Shown one piece after another: positions 36,321 to 46,700 of a stretch of 64,000 nt of DNA (the first letter of the stretch is position 1; the number at the start of each line of letters is the position of its first letter). The DNA lies in contig OW818651.1 of the NCBI GenBank assembly GCA_942492885.1, positions 2,479,513 to 2,543,512 of the forward strand. Direction: 5' to 3'. The stretch comes from an uncultured Eubacteriales bacterium (GTDB taxonomy: Bacteria > Bacillota > Clostridia > Christensenellales > CAG-138). The position numbers and the translations under genes are program-made. The notes beneath the pieces are model-generated. The model saw nothing but the letters and a program-made list of their open reading frames with translations, was not told the origin of the DNA and searched no databases.

Positions 36321-37321
36321 AGAAGAAAACCGCGATCATCGGAACATTGGCGATTCTGTCTTGCTTGCTTGCGGGTTGCGTTCCGGCGCAGGACAATGCC
36401 GAGCCGGAGAAACCAGCGGGTAGTCCGATCGTGGTCGGGTTTTCGCAGGTGGGCGCGGAGTCGGAATGGCGCGTTGCAAACTCGGAAAGCATGAAAAGCG
36501 CACTCAGCGAAGAAAACGGCTACGAGCTGATATTCGACGACGCGCGAAACGAGCAGGAAAACCAGATTCGCGCGATTCGTACCTTTATCCAGCAGGATGT
36601 CGACTACATCGTCTTCTCCCCGCGCGTGGAAACGGGATGGACTTCTATCCTGCAGGAGGCGAGGGATGCGGACATCCCCGTGATCGTCATCGACCGCGAC
36701 ATCGAGGTAGAGGACAGAAGCCTGTATACGGCCTATATCGGCTCGGACTTTCGCAAGGAAGGCGAGACCGCCGTCGCCTGGCTGGAGAATCTGATGCAGC
36801 GCAACGGCAGGACAGAGGACCCCGTGCGCATCGTGCACATTCAGGGCACCATCGGTTCCTCCGCGCAGATCGGCCGCACCGCCGCGCTGGAGACGGCGCT
36901 GCTGCGCAATACCAACTGGCACATCGTCGCGCAGGAACTCGGCGACTTCACCCGTGCAAAAGCATATGAGGTCATGGGTGCGATTTTGAAGGTAACCAAG
37001 GATATCGACGTAGTGTATTGCGAAAACGACGGCGAAGCACTGGGCGCCATCGACGCCATGGAGGAAGCGGGGCTTTCCTGCAACACCGACGGCGGCGTGA
37101 TCGTGATCTCCTTTGACGCGACGAAGTTGGGGCTTTCCTATTGTCTGGAAGGAAAGATCGCGCTGAATGTGGAGTGCAACCCCCTGCAAGGGCCGTATGT
37201 GGCCGAGCTGATCCAGCGCATGGAGCGCGGGGAAACGGTAGAGCAGGTCATGCATGTCGACGAGACCGCGTTTGACAGCTTCACGATCACAAAGGCGATG
37301 ATCGAAGGCAGAGGATACTGA
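36317..37321 (+). CDS. Sugar-binding lipoprotein (YtfQ-like), coupled to the kinase gene
   Basis: LAGC lipobox; VGFSQVGAESEWRVAN; ECNPLQGP; ATGA overlap with the kinase. Confidence 0.88.
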   Translation: MKKKTAIIGTLAILSCLLAGCVPAQDNAEPEKPAGSPIVVGFSQVGAESEWRVANSESMKSALSEENGYELIFDDARNEQENQIRAIRTFIQQDVDYIVFSPRVETGWTSILQEARDADIPVIVIDRDIEVEDRSLYTAYIGSDFRKEGETAVAWLENLMQRNGRTEDPVRIVHIQGTIGSSAQIGRTAALETALLRNTNWHIVAQELGDFTRAKAYEVMGAILKVTKDIDVVYCENDGEALGAIDAMEEAGLSCNTDGGVIVISFDATKLGLSYCLEGKIALNVECNPLQGPYVAELIQRMERGETVEQVMHVDETAFDSFTITKAMIEGRGY

Positions 37322-37342
37322 ATTACTTATGGTTTACACAAC

Positions 37343-37368
37343 AAGAGCTCCGTAAAGGGCTCTTTTTT
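37343..37368 (+). terminator. Intrinsic terminator
   Basis: aagagctc-cgtaaa-gggctc-T6. Confidence 0.8.
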
Positions 37369-37618
37369 ACGTCCGTGCCTCAAAATTTGACAGGCATCTT
37401 TTTACGCTCCGTGTTTGAAATTTTACAGTCACCGCGACATACTTTTTCCATTTGGTTTGTGTAAGGTTTGTAAAATCATCGGGTTGGTTCACATTCTTAT
37501 GCGCTTGCTCCGGAAGCATTGGCTTGTGGTTGTCTATATGATATAAGGAATGTGTTGGTCACACATCTTTTTACCGACCTGCAATTCACATCTCAAAATT
37601 TGAAAGGAAATCGGAAAC

Positions 37619-38656
37619 ATGAAAAAATTTGTAACATTGCTCCTGGTTATCATGCTCGCAATTGGTATGGTTGCTTGCGCAGCGACACCCGCGCCCGCCG
37701 CAGAAGCAGCCCCCGCTGCAGAAGCAGCCGCAACCGAAGCGCCCGCAGCAGAAGAAGCCCCCGCTGCGCCCGCTCTGATCAAAGTCGGCATCATCAACAA
37801 CCCGCCGGCAGAATCCGGCTACCGTGCAGCCAACGTTGCGGACTTTGAGAAAGTCTTCACCGAAGCCAACGGTTATGCCGTCTCCACCTTCTACAGCCTG
37901 AAGAACGACGAGCAGCTCAACGCCGCCACGCAGTTCATCACCGATGGCGTAGACTACCTGCTCATCTCCGCCGCGGCGACCGATGGTTGGGATGCAGTCC
38001 TTGCCAGCGCCAAAGAAGCCGGCATCAAAGTGTTCCTGTTCGATCGTATGATCAACACGGACGAGAGCAACTATGAAGCCGCCGTTGTTTCCAACATGGC
38101 CAATGAAGGCGTAACCGCCGTCGAATGGCTCAAAGCCCAGAATCTGGAAGCGTACAACGTGATCCACATCCAGGGCGCGATGGGTTCTGACGCACAGATC
38201 GGCCGTACTGCCGCTCTGGATGCAGAATTCGCAGCCGGCACCATGACCAAGGTTGTGCAGCAGACCGCAACGTGGGATGAAGCAACCGCAAAGCAGATCG
38301 TGGAATCCGTCATCAACTCCGGTGAAGCGTTCAACGTCATCTATGCCGAGAACGACGGTATGGCCAAGGGCGCAGTCGCGGCGCTTGACGAAGCGGGCAT
38401 CACCCACGGCGTCGGCAAAGCGGTCGTCGTCATGGGCTTTGACTGCAACAGATGGGCACTTCGCGAACTGCTTGCCGGCAACTGGAACTATGATGGCCAG
38501 TGCAGCCCGTTCCAGGCAGCTGTGATTGCAGACATGATCATGAAGCTCGAAGCAGGCGAAACCCTTGCCGAGAAGAAGGTCATCTCCGAAGAGCGCGGCT
38601 TTGATGCCACGACGATCACCCAGGCTGACATCGACACCTTCGGCCTTGGCGAGTAA
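37619..38656 (+). CDS. Sugar ABC transporter substrate-binding lipoprotein
   Basis: MVAC lipobox, A/P/E linker, ESGYRAAN, LFDR, IYAEND, GQCSPFQ. Confidence 0.88.
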   Translation: MKKFVTLLLVIMLAIGMVACAATPAPAAEAAPAAEAAATEAPAAEEAPAAPALIKVGIINNPPAESGYRAANVADFEKVFTEANGYAVSTFYSLKNDEQLNAATQFITDGVDYLLISAAATDGWDAVLASAKEAGIKVFLFDRMINTDESNYEAAVVSNMANEGVTAVEWLKAQNLEAYNVIHIQGAMGSDAQIGRTAALDAEFAAGTMTKVVQQTATWDEATAKQIVESVINSGEAFNVIYAENDGMAKGAVAALDEAGITHGVGKAVVVMGFDCNRWALRELLAGNWNYDGQCSPFQAAVIADMIMKLEAGETLAEKKVISEERGFDATTITQADIDTFGLGE

Positions 38657-38704
38657 GCCATCCGTTTGATTCACCCCGTTTATACGGAATAGAATCAGCT
38701 ATGC

Positions 38705-38745
38705 CGGTGACGAGTATGCGGAGTAATATCCGCATACTCGCACCG
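38705..38745. other. Strong intercistronic stem-loop after the binding-protein gene (likely mRNA stabiliser/attenuator)
   Basis: cggtgacgagtatgcgga-gtaata-tccgcatactcgcaccg. Confidence 0.7.
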
Positions 38746-38786
38746 TTATGTTTCCTAATCCTTGAGTGTACAAAGGATGGTATCCC

Positions 38787-40307
38787 ATGCCAAATGACAT
38801 CATTTTATCCATGAGAAACATCAGCAAATCCTTTCCCGGCGTGCGCGCGCTGCACAACGTGGACTTCACGCTCAACAAGGGCGAAATTCACGCGTTGATG
38901 GGCGAAAACGGCGCCGGCAAGTCAACCCTGATCAAGGTGTTGACGGGGGTTTACCCGAAGGATGCAGGTCAAATTCAGATTGCGGGCAGCGGCAAGGAAG
39001 CCAACATCAAGTCCCCGCAGGATGCGCAAAACCTCGGTATCAGCACGGTGTATCAGGAGATTACGCTCTGCCCGAACCTGACCGTCGCTGAAAACATGTT
39101 CATCGGCCGCGGAAACTATCGCCTTGTTCGCTGGAGCAAGATGCGCGATAAGACCACGGAGATTTTAGAAAAACTCAATATTCCGGCCAGAGCGACGCAG
39201 CAGCTTTCAACCTGTTCCCTTGCCGTGCAGCAGATGGTTGCCATCGCGCGCGCAGTGGACATGGACTGCAAGGTGCTCATTCTCGACGAGCCGACCTCTT
39301 CGCTGGACGAGCGCGAGGTAGAAAAACTTTTTACGCTGATGCGCGGGCTCAAGGCACGCGGCGTCGGCATCATCTTCATTACGCATTTTCTTGAGCAGGT
39401 CTATGAGGTTTGCGACCGGATTACCGTTCTTCGTAACGGCGAACTCATCGGGGCCTACGACATCAAGGATCTGCCGCGTATTCAGCTCATCTCCAAGATG
39501 ATGGGCAAGGAGCTCGACGATATCACCGAGTTGAAGAACAGCCGCGTTTCGCACGCACGCGCCGGATGCGCGCCTGTGTTTGAGGCAACGGGGCTTTCCA
39601 GCGCAGCGGGTACGCGGGCGTTTGATTTTAAAATCGATCAAGGCGAAGTCAACGGGTTTACAGGGTTGCTTGGCTCGGGTCGCAGTGAAAGCGTGCGCGC
39701 GATCTTCGGCGCGGACAAGATCACCGGCGGCAAGATTCTCGTCAACGGCAAGCCCGTGAAAATATCAAAACCCAAGGATGCCATGAAGCTTGGCATCGGC
39801 TATCTGCCGGAGGACCGCAAGCAGGACGGCATCGTAGACGAGCTCTCCGTGCGCGAAAACATCGTTCTGGCGCTGCAGGTCATGCGCGGTTTCTTCCGTC
39901 CGTTTTCAAGAAACGAAGCGGAGAAGTTCGCGGACGAATACATCAAGCTTCTCGGCATCAAGACTGCCTCGTCGGATACGCCGATCAAATCCCTCTCCGG
40001 CGGAAACCAGCAAAAGGCGATTCTCGCGCGGTGGCTCTTGACCAAGCCGCAGTATCTGATTCTGGACGAGCCCACCCGCGGCATCGATGTCGGCACCAAG
40101 GTCGAGATTCAAAAACTCGTGCTCAAGCTAGCCGAAGAAGGCGTGAGCGTCACGTTCATCTCGTCGGAAATCGAGGAGATGCTGCGTACCTGTTCGCGCC
40201 TGATCGTCATGCGGGATCGCAAGATCGTCGGCGAACTCATGCAGGACGACATGACGCAGGCAAAGATTATGCACACCATAGCGGGGGAGGCGGCAACAAA
40301 TGGCTAA
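38787..40307 (+). CDS. Monosaccharide ABC transporter ATPase (YtfR/RbsA-like, two NBDs)
   Basis: GENGAGKST, ILDEPTSS, LSGGNQQK, DEPTRGIDVG. Confidence 0.93.
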   Translation: MPNDIILSMRNISKSFPGVRALHNVDFTLNKGEIHALMGENGAGKSTLIKVLTGVYPKDAGQIQIAGSGKEANIKSPQDAQNLGISTVYQEITLCPNLTVAENMFIGRGNYRLVRWSKMRDKTTEILEKLNIPARATQQLSTCSLAVQQMVAIARAVDMDCKVLILDEPTSSLDEREVEKLFTLMRGLKARGVGIIFITHFLEQVYEVCDRITVLRNGELIGAYDIKDLPRIQLISKMMGKELDDITELKNSRVSHARAGCAPVFEATGLSSAAGTRAFDFKIDQGEVNGFTGLLGSGRSESVRAIFGADKITGGKILVNGKPVKISKPKDAMKLGIGYLPEDRKQDGIVDELSVRENIVLALQVMRGFFRPFSRNEAEKFADEYIKLLGIKTASSDTPIKSLSGGNQQKAILARWLLTKPQYLILDEPTRGIDVGTKVEIQKLVLKLAEEGVSVTFISSEIEEMLRTCSRLIVMRDRKIVGELMQDDMTQAKIMHTIAGEAATNG

Positions 40308-41373
40308 ATGGTTTCAACGGTTTAAAAAATCGCAGCTGGTGATTCCGCTCTTTGCGCTGTTGCTGCTCGTCGTGTTCAACCTGATTCGGGATGTGGGGTT
40401 CTTTTCGCTGAACATCACCACCAACAACGACGGAAACGCGGTGCTCTCCGGCAACATCATCAGCATTCTCAACAGCGCGTCCGAACTCGCGATCATCGCC
40501 ATCGGCATGACGCTGGTTACCGCCAGCTCGCGCGGGCAGGACATCAGCGTTGGTGCGGTTGCCGCCATCGCGGGCAGCGTGTTTGTGCGTGTGCTGCGCG
40601 AGCACGACATCAGCTGGCCGATCATTCTCGTGGCGTTTCTCGGCGCCTGTGCCGCCGCAATCCTCTGCGGTACGTTTAACGGCTTACTCGTGGCAGGGTT
40701 TCGGATTCAGCCGATGATTGCCACGCTGATCCTGCTCACCGCCGGCCGGCCGATTGCCTACTGGATCAACGGCGGCGCTACCCCGACGGTGGAAAGCCCG
40801 CTGCTGGGCAACATCGGCAGCTTTATTCCCGGCATTCCGATTCCAACGCCAATTCTAATCGTCATCGCATTTGCGATATTGGTTTCGCTGGTACTGCGGC
40901 TCACCAACCTCGGTCTGTATACCCAGGCGGTCGGCATCAACGAAAAATCCGCGCGGCTTAACGGCATCAACGCGTTTGGCATGAAGATTCTCTCGTTCAT
41001 GATGCTCGGCGTTTGTGTGTCGATTGCGGGCTGCATCAGTGTGAGCCGAATCGGGCTCATCAACCACGAAACCATACTGCTGGATATCGAGATGGACGCG
41101 ATTCTCGCGGTCGCCATCGGTGGCAACGCGCTCAGCGGCGGAAAATTCAGCATCACGGGCTCGGTCATCGGCGCGTATATCATTCAGGCGCTGACCATCA
41201 CGCTCTACGCCATGAAGGTTTCCTCCACGGCGGTCAAGGCGTATAAAGCAATCGTCATCATCGCAATCGTCGTGCTCGGTTCTCCTGTGGTGCAGCGCTA
41301 CTTGCTGCTGCTGCGCGATAAGCTGTTTCAAAAATCGAAAAAAGTGACGGAGACGCAAGCATATGGAGAATAA
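40300..41373 (+). CDS. Sugar ABC permease (YtfT-like)
   Basis: GQDISVG, IQPMIATL, EMDAILAVAIGGNALSGG. Confidence 0.9.
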   Translation: MAKWFQRFKKSQLVIPLFALLLLVVFNLIRDVGFFSLNITTNNDGNAVLSGNIISILNSASELAIIAIGMTLVTASSRGQDISVGAVAAIAGSVFVRVLREHDISWPIILVAFLGACAAAILCGTFNGLLVAGFRIQPMIATLILLTAGRPIAYWINGGATPTVESPLLGNIGSFIPGIPIPTPILIVIAFAILVSLVLRLTNLGLYTQAVGINEKSARLNGINAFGMKILSFMMLGVCVSIAGCISVSRIGLINHETILLDIEMDAILAVAIGGNALSGGKFSITGSVIGAYIIQALTITLYAMKVSSTAVKAYKAIVIIAIVVLGSPVVQRYLLLLRDKLFQKSKKVTETQAYGE

Positions 41374-42421
41374 AAAACGTCCAACCGAATTACATAGGCT
41401 TCCGTCGCGCGAGCCGATCTCCAACACCAACCTGCTGCTGATCATCACGGTTTGCACATTTTTCGGCATGTATGGTATGGCGATGTCGGTTTGGGGCGGT
41501 GGATTTCTCAACCCGCAGCAGTTTCTGGACCTGTTCAACAACAACTCGTTCCTCATCGTCGTTGCGTGCGGCTTAACCATCGTCATGATCGCGGGCGGGA
41601 TCGATATCTCCGTCGGCGGCATCACCGCGCTGGTGACGATGGCGTGCGTGGTCTATCTCGACGACAAGGGCGGCAGCGTCGCGGGTTCTCTCGCGCTCGC
41701 GCTCGGCATCGGCACGGCGTTTGGCCTCGTGCAGGGATTCCTTGTGTCTTATCTGGAGATTCAGCCGTTTATCGTGTCACTTGCAGGTATGTTCTTTGCG
41801 CGCGGCATGACCACCATCGTCAGCGTCGCGCCCCGCACGGCGGAGCATGCGCTCTTCCTCGCGCTCAAGGAATTCCGCATCGTGATCCCCGGCATCGGCT
41901 CCTATGGCAAGACGGGTAATTTCATTCCCGCGCGCATTGAGCTGGGCGTGGTGATCGCAATCTGCGTCGTGATTGCGGTGTTTTTCATGCTGAAGTATAC
42001 ACGCTTTGGCAGAAACCTTTACGCCATCGGCGGCAACAGCCAGAGCGCATTGATGCTCGGCATCAACGTCAAGCGAACACGGTTTTTCTCCTATCTGCTC
42101 TGCGGCGTGCTCTCCGGGATCGGTGGCTATGTCTATCTGCTGCACACGGGGGCTGGCAACGCCAGCAACGCCAGCGCGGCGGAGATGCAGGCAATCGCCT
42201 CCGCGATCATCGGCGGCACACTGCTCACGGGCGGCGTGGGCAACGTCATCGGCACGCTCTTTGGTGTGCTCTCGCTCAAGACGATCAGCAACATCGTCAT
42301 CGCCTCCGGGTTGCGGGAGCCTTATTGGCAGAGCATCACGGTCGGGCTCATGCTGTGCTTCTTTATCCTGCTGCAAAGCGTGATTCTGACCATTCGCGAA
42401 GGCAGCGTCCGACGGGACTAA
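41363..42421 (+). CDS. Sugar ABC permease (YjfF-like)
   Basis: GGIDISVG, IQPFIVSLAGMFFARG, YAIGGN, IASAIIGGTLLTGG. Confidence 0.9.
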   Translation: MENKKRPTELHRLPSREPISNTNLLLIITVCTFFGMYGMAMSVWGGGFLNPQQFLDLFNNNSFLIVVACGLTIVMIAGGIDISVGGITALVTMACVVYLDDKGGSVAGSLALALGIGTAFGLVQGFLVSYLEIQPFIVSLAGMFFARGMTTIVSVAPRTAEHALFLALKEFRIVIPGIGSYGKTGNFIPARIELGVVIAICVVIAVFFMLKYTRFGRNLYAIGGNSQSALMLGINVKRTRFFSYLLCGVLSGIGGYVYLLHTGAGNASNASAAEMQAIASAIIGGTLLTGGVGNVIGTLFGVLSLKTISNIVIASGLREPYWQSITVGLMLCFFILLQSVILTIREGSVRRD

Positions 42422-42434
42422 ATTAACACAAGAG

Positions 42435-42470
42435 ACGGCTTCTCCGGTGCGTTCGGGGAAGCCGTTTTTT
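42435..42470 (+). terminator. Intrinsic terminator
   Basis: acggcttctccg...cggggaagccg-T6. Confidence 0.85.
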
Positions 42471-42671
42471 CAGGCAGAGCAGAGCCACGCGCATCCGCGC
42501 GCGACTCGGTCAGCAAGAGCGGAGCACAAAGAAGCGACAAAGCATAATTATAAAAATTATTGGTATAAATATTATATTTAGCTTTCTTATTGATCTTGTT
42601 TGTGTTATATTTCTCGCTAAAGAAAAAAACAGTGTAGACAGGCCTTTCAGGCAGAGGATAGGAGGAAACGG

Positions 42672-43769
42672 ATGGAGCAGCCAAGATACTTGATTCTGGA
42701 AAACGGGCAGGTGTTTCGCGGGCGGCCATTTGGCGCGACTGGCCAAGTGATTGCCGAAATTGTGTTTACAACAGCCATGACCGGATATCTTGAGACGTTG
42801 ACCGATCCGAGTTATTTCGGCCAGATGGTGGTTCAAGCATTTCCGCTAGTCGGCAACTATGGTGTCATCCCCGCCGACTTTGAGGCGGAGAACCCCGCAT
42901 TGCAGGCGTATATCGTTCGTTCCTGGTGTCAAGTGCCTTCTAACTTTCGAAGTGAAGAAGACCTTGACACTTTTTTATTATCCAGCGGAATAGTAGGACT
43001 ATGGGACATCGATACACGCGCGCTGGTCAAGATCATCCGCGAACACGGCGTGATGAACGCGCTGATCACGGACGATCCCAATCCGGATGAAGCAACGCTC
43101 AGTAAGCTTCACAACTATCGCCTCACGGGCGCGGTGGCGGCGGTCAGCGGCAAAGACGCGGCAACCTTGCGTGCCAGCGAAAGCCGTCGGCATGTCGCGC
43201 TCTGGGACTTCGGCGCCAAGCGAAACATCGCGCGGGAGCTCGTGAACCGCGGCTGCGACGTGACGATATTCCCCTCCTCTGCAACCGCGGAGGAGATCCT
43301 CGCGATCAAGCCCGACGGCATCATGCTCTCCAACGGCCCGGGCGATCCCGCGGAGAACACCGCGGTCATACGCGAACTAGCCAAGCTCTGCGCGGCAGAT
43401 GTGCCGATCTTCGGCATCTGTTTGGGTCACCAGCTGCTCGCCCTTGCGCGCGGCGGCGAGACGATGAAGCTTAAATACGGCCATCGCGGCGCGAACCAGC
43501 CCGTGCAGGAGACCGCGACGAAACGGGTCTACATCACGAGCCAGAACCACGGCTACGCGGTGAAGACGGACTGCCTGCCAAAGCACTCCCGCGTGAGCTT
43601 TCAAAATCTCAACGACGGCACCTGCGAGGGTATGGAATACCTCGACATCCCCGCGTTCTCGGTGCAGTTTCATCCCGAAGCGTGCGGCGGTCCACTGGAT
43701 ACGCGGTATCTGTTTGATCGCTTCATCGACCGGATGGACGGCACGCAGGAAATAGCGAAGATCGGGTAA
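42672..43769 (+). CDS. carA: Carbamoyl-phosphate synthase small subunit
   Basis: EIVFTTAMTGY, SNGPGDP, GICLGHQ, SQNHGY, QFHPE. Confidence 0.97.
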   Translation: MEQPRYLILENGQVFRGRPFGATGQVIAEIVFTTAMTGYLETLTDPSYFGQMVVQAFPLVGNYGVIPADFEAENPALQAYIVRSWCQVPSNFRSEEDLDTFLLSSGIVGLWDIDTRALVKIIREHGVMNALITDDPNPDEATLSKLHNYRLTGAVAAVSGKDAATLRASESRRHVALWDFGAKRNIARELVNRGCDVTIFPSSATAEEILAIKPDGIMLSNGPGDPAENTAVIRELAKLCAADVPIFGICLGHQLLALARGGETMKLKYGHRGANQPVQETATKRVYITSQNHGYAVKTDCLPKHSRVSFQNLNDGTCEGMEYLDIPAFSVQFHPEACGGPLDTRYLFDRFIDRMDGTQEIAKIG

Positions 43770-43796
43770 CACAGGGTTTTTGATAAGGAGTAAGGT

Positions 43797-46700
43797 ATGC
43801 CACTGGATCAAAACATCAAACGCGTGATGGTCATCGGCTCAGGCCCTATCGTGATCGGTCAAGCTGCGGAGTTTGACTACGCGGGCACGCAAGCCTGCCG
43901 CGCGCTGCGCGAGGAGGGGTTGGAGGTCATCCTCGTCAACTCCAACCCCGCGACGATCATGACCGACCGCGCGATGGCGGATCATATCTACATCGAGCCG
44001 CTGACGCTGATCACATTAAAGCGCATCATTGAAAAAGAGAAGCCGGACAGCCTTCTCTCCACGCTTGGCGGGCAGACGGGGCTGACGCTCTCGATGCAGC
44101 TGGCAAAAGACGGCTTTTTGCAGGAGCACGGCGTGAAATTGCTCGGCGCAAACCCGGTGACCATCGCCAAAGCCGAAGATCGCCAACTCTTCAAGGACGC
44201 GATGATCGAGATCGATCAACCCGTGATCCCCTCGCTGGTGGTGACGGAGCTGGAGGATGCCCTTCGCTTTGCGGAAGAGATCGGCTATCCGGTCATCGTC
44301 CGCCCGGCGTTCACGCTCGGCGGCAGCGGCGGCGGCATTGCGCAAACACAGGACGAGTTGCACGAGATCGCGACAAACGGCATCCGCATGTCGCCGATTC
44401 ATCAGATTCTGGTCGAAAAATGCATCTCCGGCTGGAAAGAGATCGAGTTTGAGGGCATGCGGGACAAAAACGGCAACGTCATTACGATTTGCAGCATGGA
44501 AAATTTCGATCCCGTCGGCGTGCACACGGGCGACAGCATCGTAATCGCGCCCGCAGTGACGCTCTCTGACCGCGAATATCAAATGCTGCGTACCGCGACA
44601 AGAAACATCATCGATACCCTTGGCATCGAGGGCGGCTGCAACTGCCAGTTTGCACTGCACCCGACCAGCTTTGACTACGCGGTGATCGAGGTCAACCCGC
44701 GTGTGAGCCGCTCCTCTGCGCTGGCCTCCAAAGCGACGGGTTACCCCATCGCGAAGGTCGCGACCAAGATCGCGATTGGCTACACGCTCGACGAGATTCA
44801 AAACGCGGTCACCGGCAACACCTCCGCCTGCTTTGAGCCCGCGTTGGACTATGTCGCGGTCAAGCTGCCCAAGTGGCCGTTTGACAAGTTTGTCTACGGC
44901 AAGCGCACGCTCGGCACGCAGATGAAGGCGACGGGTGAGGTCATGGCGATTGGGCCTACGTTTGAGCAGGCGATCATGAAGGCGGTCCGCGGCGCGGAGA
45001 TTTCACAGGACAGCCTGAACATGAAAAAACTTGCGGGCATCCCGACAGAGCAGATTCGCGAGCGCCTCCACAACTGCGACGACGAGCGGATGTTTGTGGT
45101 GTTTGAAGCGCTCAAGCGCGGGATTTCGATGGAAGAGATTCACCAGATCACGATGATCGACATCTGGTTCCTCGCGAAGCTCAAGCATCTTGCGGAATAT
45201 GAGATGAGCATCGCGGCAGAAGGTCTTTCCGACGAAGCATATCTCGAAGGCAAGAAGCTCGGCTATCCCGACCAGGTACTCTCGCGCATCAGCGGGCGGC
45301 CGGTCAAGGAACACCTCTACGCAGGATACCGCATGGTCGATACCTGCGCGGCGGAGTTTGAGGCGCAAACACCGTACTTCTACGCGGACTACGATTGCGT
45401 GGAGAACGAGGCGCAGACCTTCCTGCAACGGCATGACACGGGCAAGCGTCGCGTGATCGTGTTCGGTTCGGGGCCGATCCGCATCGGTCAGGGGATCGAG
45501 TTTGACTATGCCTCCGTCCACTGCGTCTGGGCACTCAAGCAGGCGGGGTTTGAGGTGGTCATCGTCAACAACAACCCCGAAACGGTATCCACGGACTTCG
45601 ACACGGCGGATCGCCTCTACTTCGAGCCGCTGCTGCCGGAGGACGTGATGAACGTCATCCATACCGAGCAGCCCTACGGCGTGGTGGTGGCGTTCGGCGG
45701 GCAGACGGCAATCAAGCTTACGCGCTATCTTTCCGAGCAGGGCGTGCGCATCCTCGGCACGCCTGCGGACAGCATCGACGCGGCGGAGGATCGGGAACGG
45801 TTTGACGCGCTGCTGGAGCAGCTCTCCATCAAGCGCCCGCACGGCAAGACCGTCAAGACCGAGGAGCAGGCGCTCACAGCCGCGCAGTCGCTGGGCTATC
45901 CCGTGCTGATTCGACCCAGCTACGTGCTCGGCGGGCAGAATATGATCATCGCGTTTTCGGATGACGACGTGCGCGAATACATGGGCATCATCCTCAGAAA
46001 GGGCATCGACAACCCGATCTTGATCGATCAATATCTGATGGGTACCGAGATCGAGGTGGACGCCATCTGCGACGGAACCGACATTCTGATCCCAGGCATC
46101 ATGGAGCACATCGAGCGCGCGGGTGTGCACTCCGGCGACTCCATCGCGGTCTATCCCGCGTGGAATCTCAACGGCCCGCTGATCGAGCGCGTGGTGGATC
46201 ACTCCCGCAGGCTCGCGCTGGCGCTCAGCACGCGGGGGCTCATCAATATCCAATATGTAATTTATGAGAACGAAATCTACGTCATCGAGGTCAACCCGCG
46301 CTCGTCGCGCACGGTGCCGTATATCAGCAAGGTCACGGGTGTGCCGATGGTAGACCTTGCCACGCGCGCCATGCTGGGCGATAAGCTCAGCGACATGGGC
46401 TTTGGCACGGGGCTATACAAAACGCCGCCTTATGTCGCGGTCAAGGTGCCCGTGTTCTCGTTTGAAAAGCTGGCGGACGTCGATATCCTGCTCGACCCGG
46501 AGATGAAATCGACAGGCGAAGTGCTCGGCATCGGCAAAACGCGGGAGGAGGCGCTCTACAAAGGCCTCGTCGCCGCGGGCTATAACATGAAGCGGCGGGG
46601 GGGCTTGCTCGTCACCGTGCGGGATCAGGACAAGGCGGAGATGACCGACGCGGTGCGAAAGTTTGCGGATTTGGGCTTCACGCTCTACGCCACAAAAGGC

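Noticed and set aside
42540-42600. AT-rich tract upstream of carA as ARG boxes or a PyrR attenuator
   Set aside because: Only a weak ARG-box match, and no PyrR binding-loop consensus.
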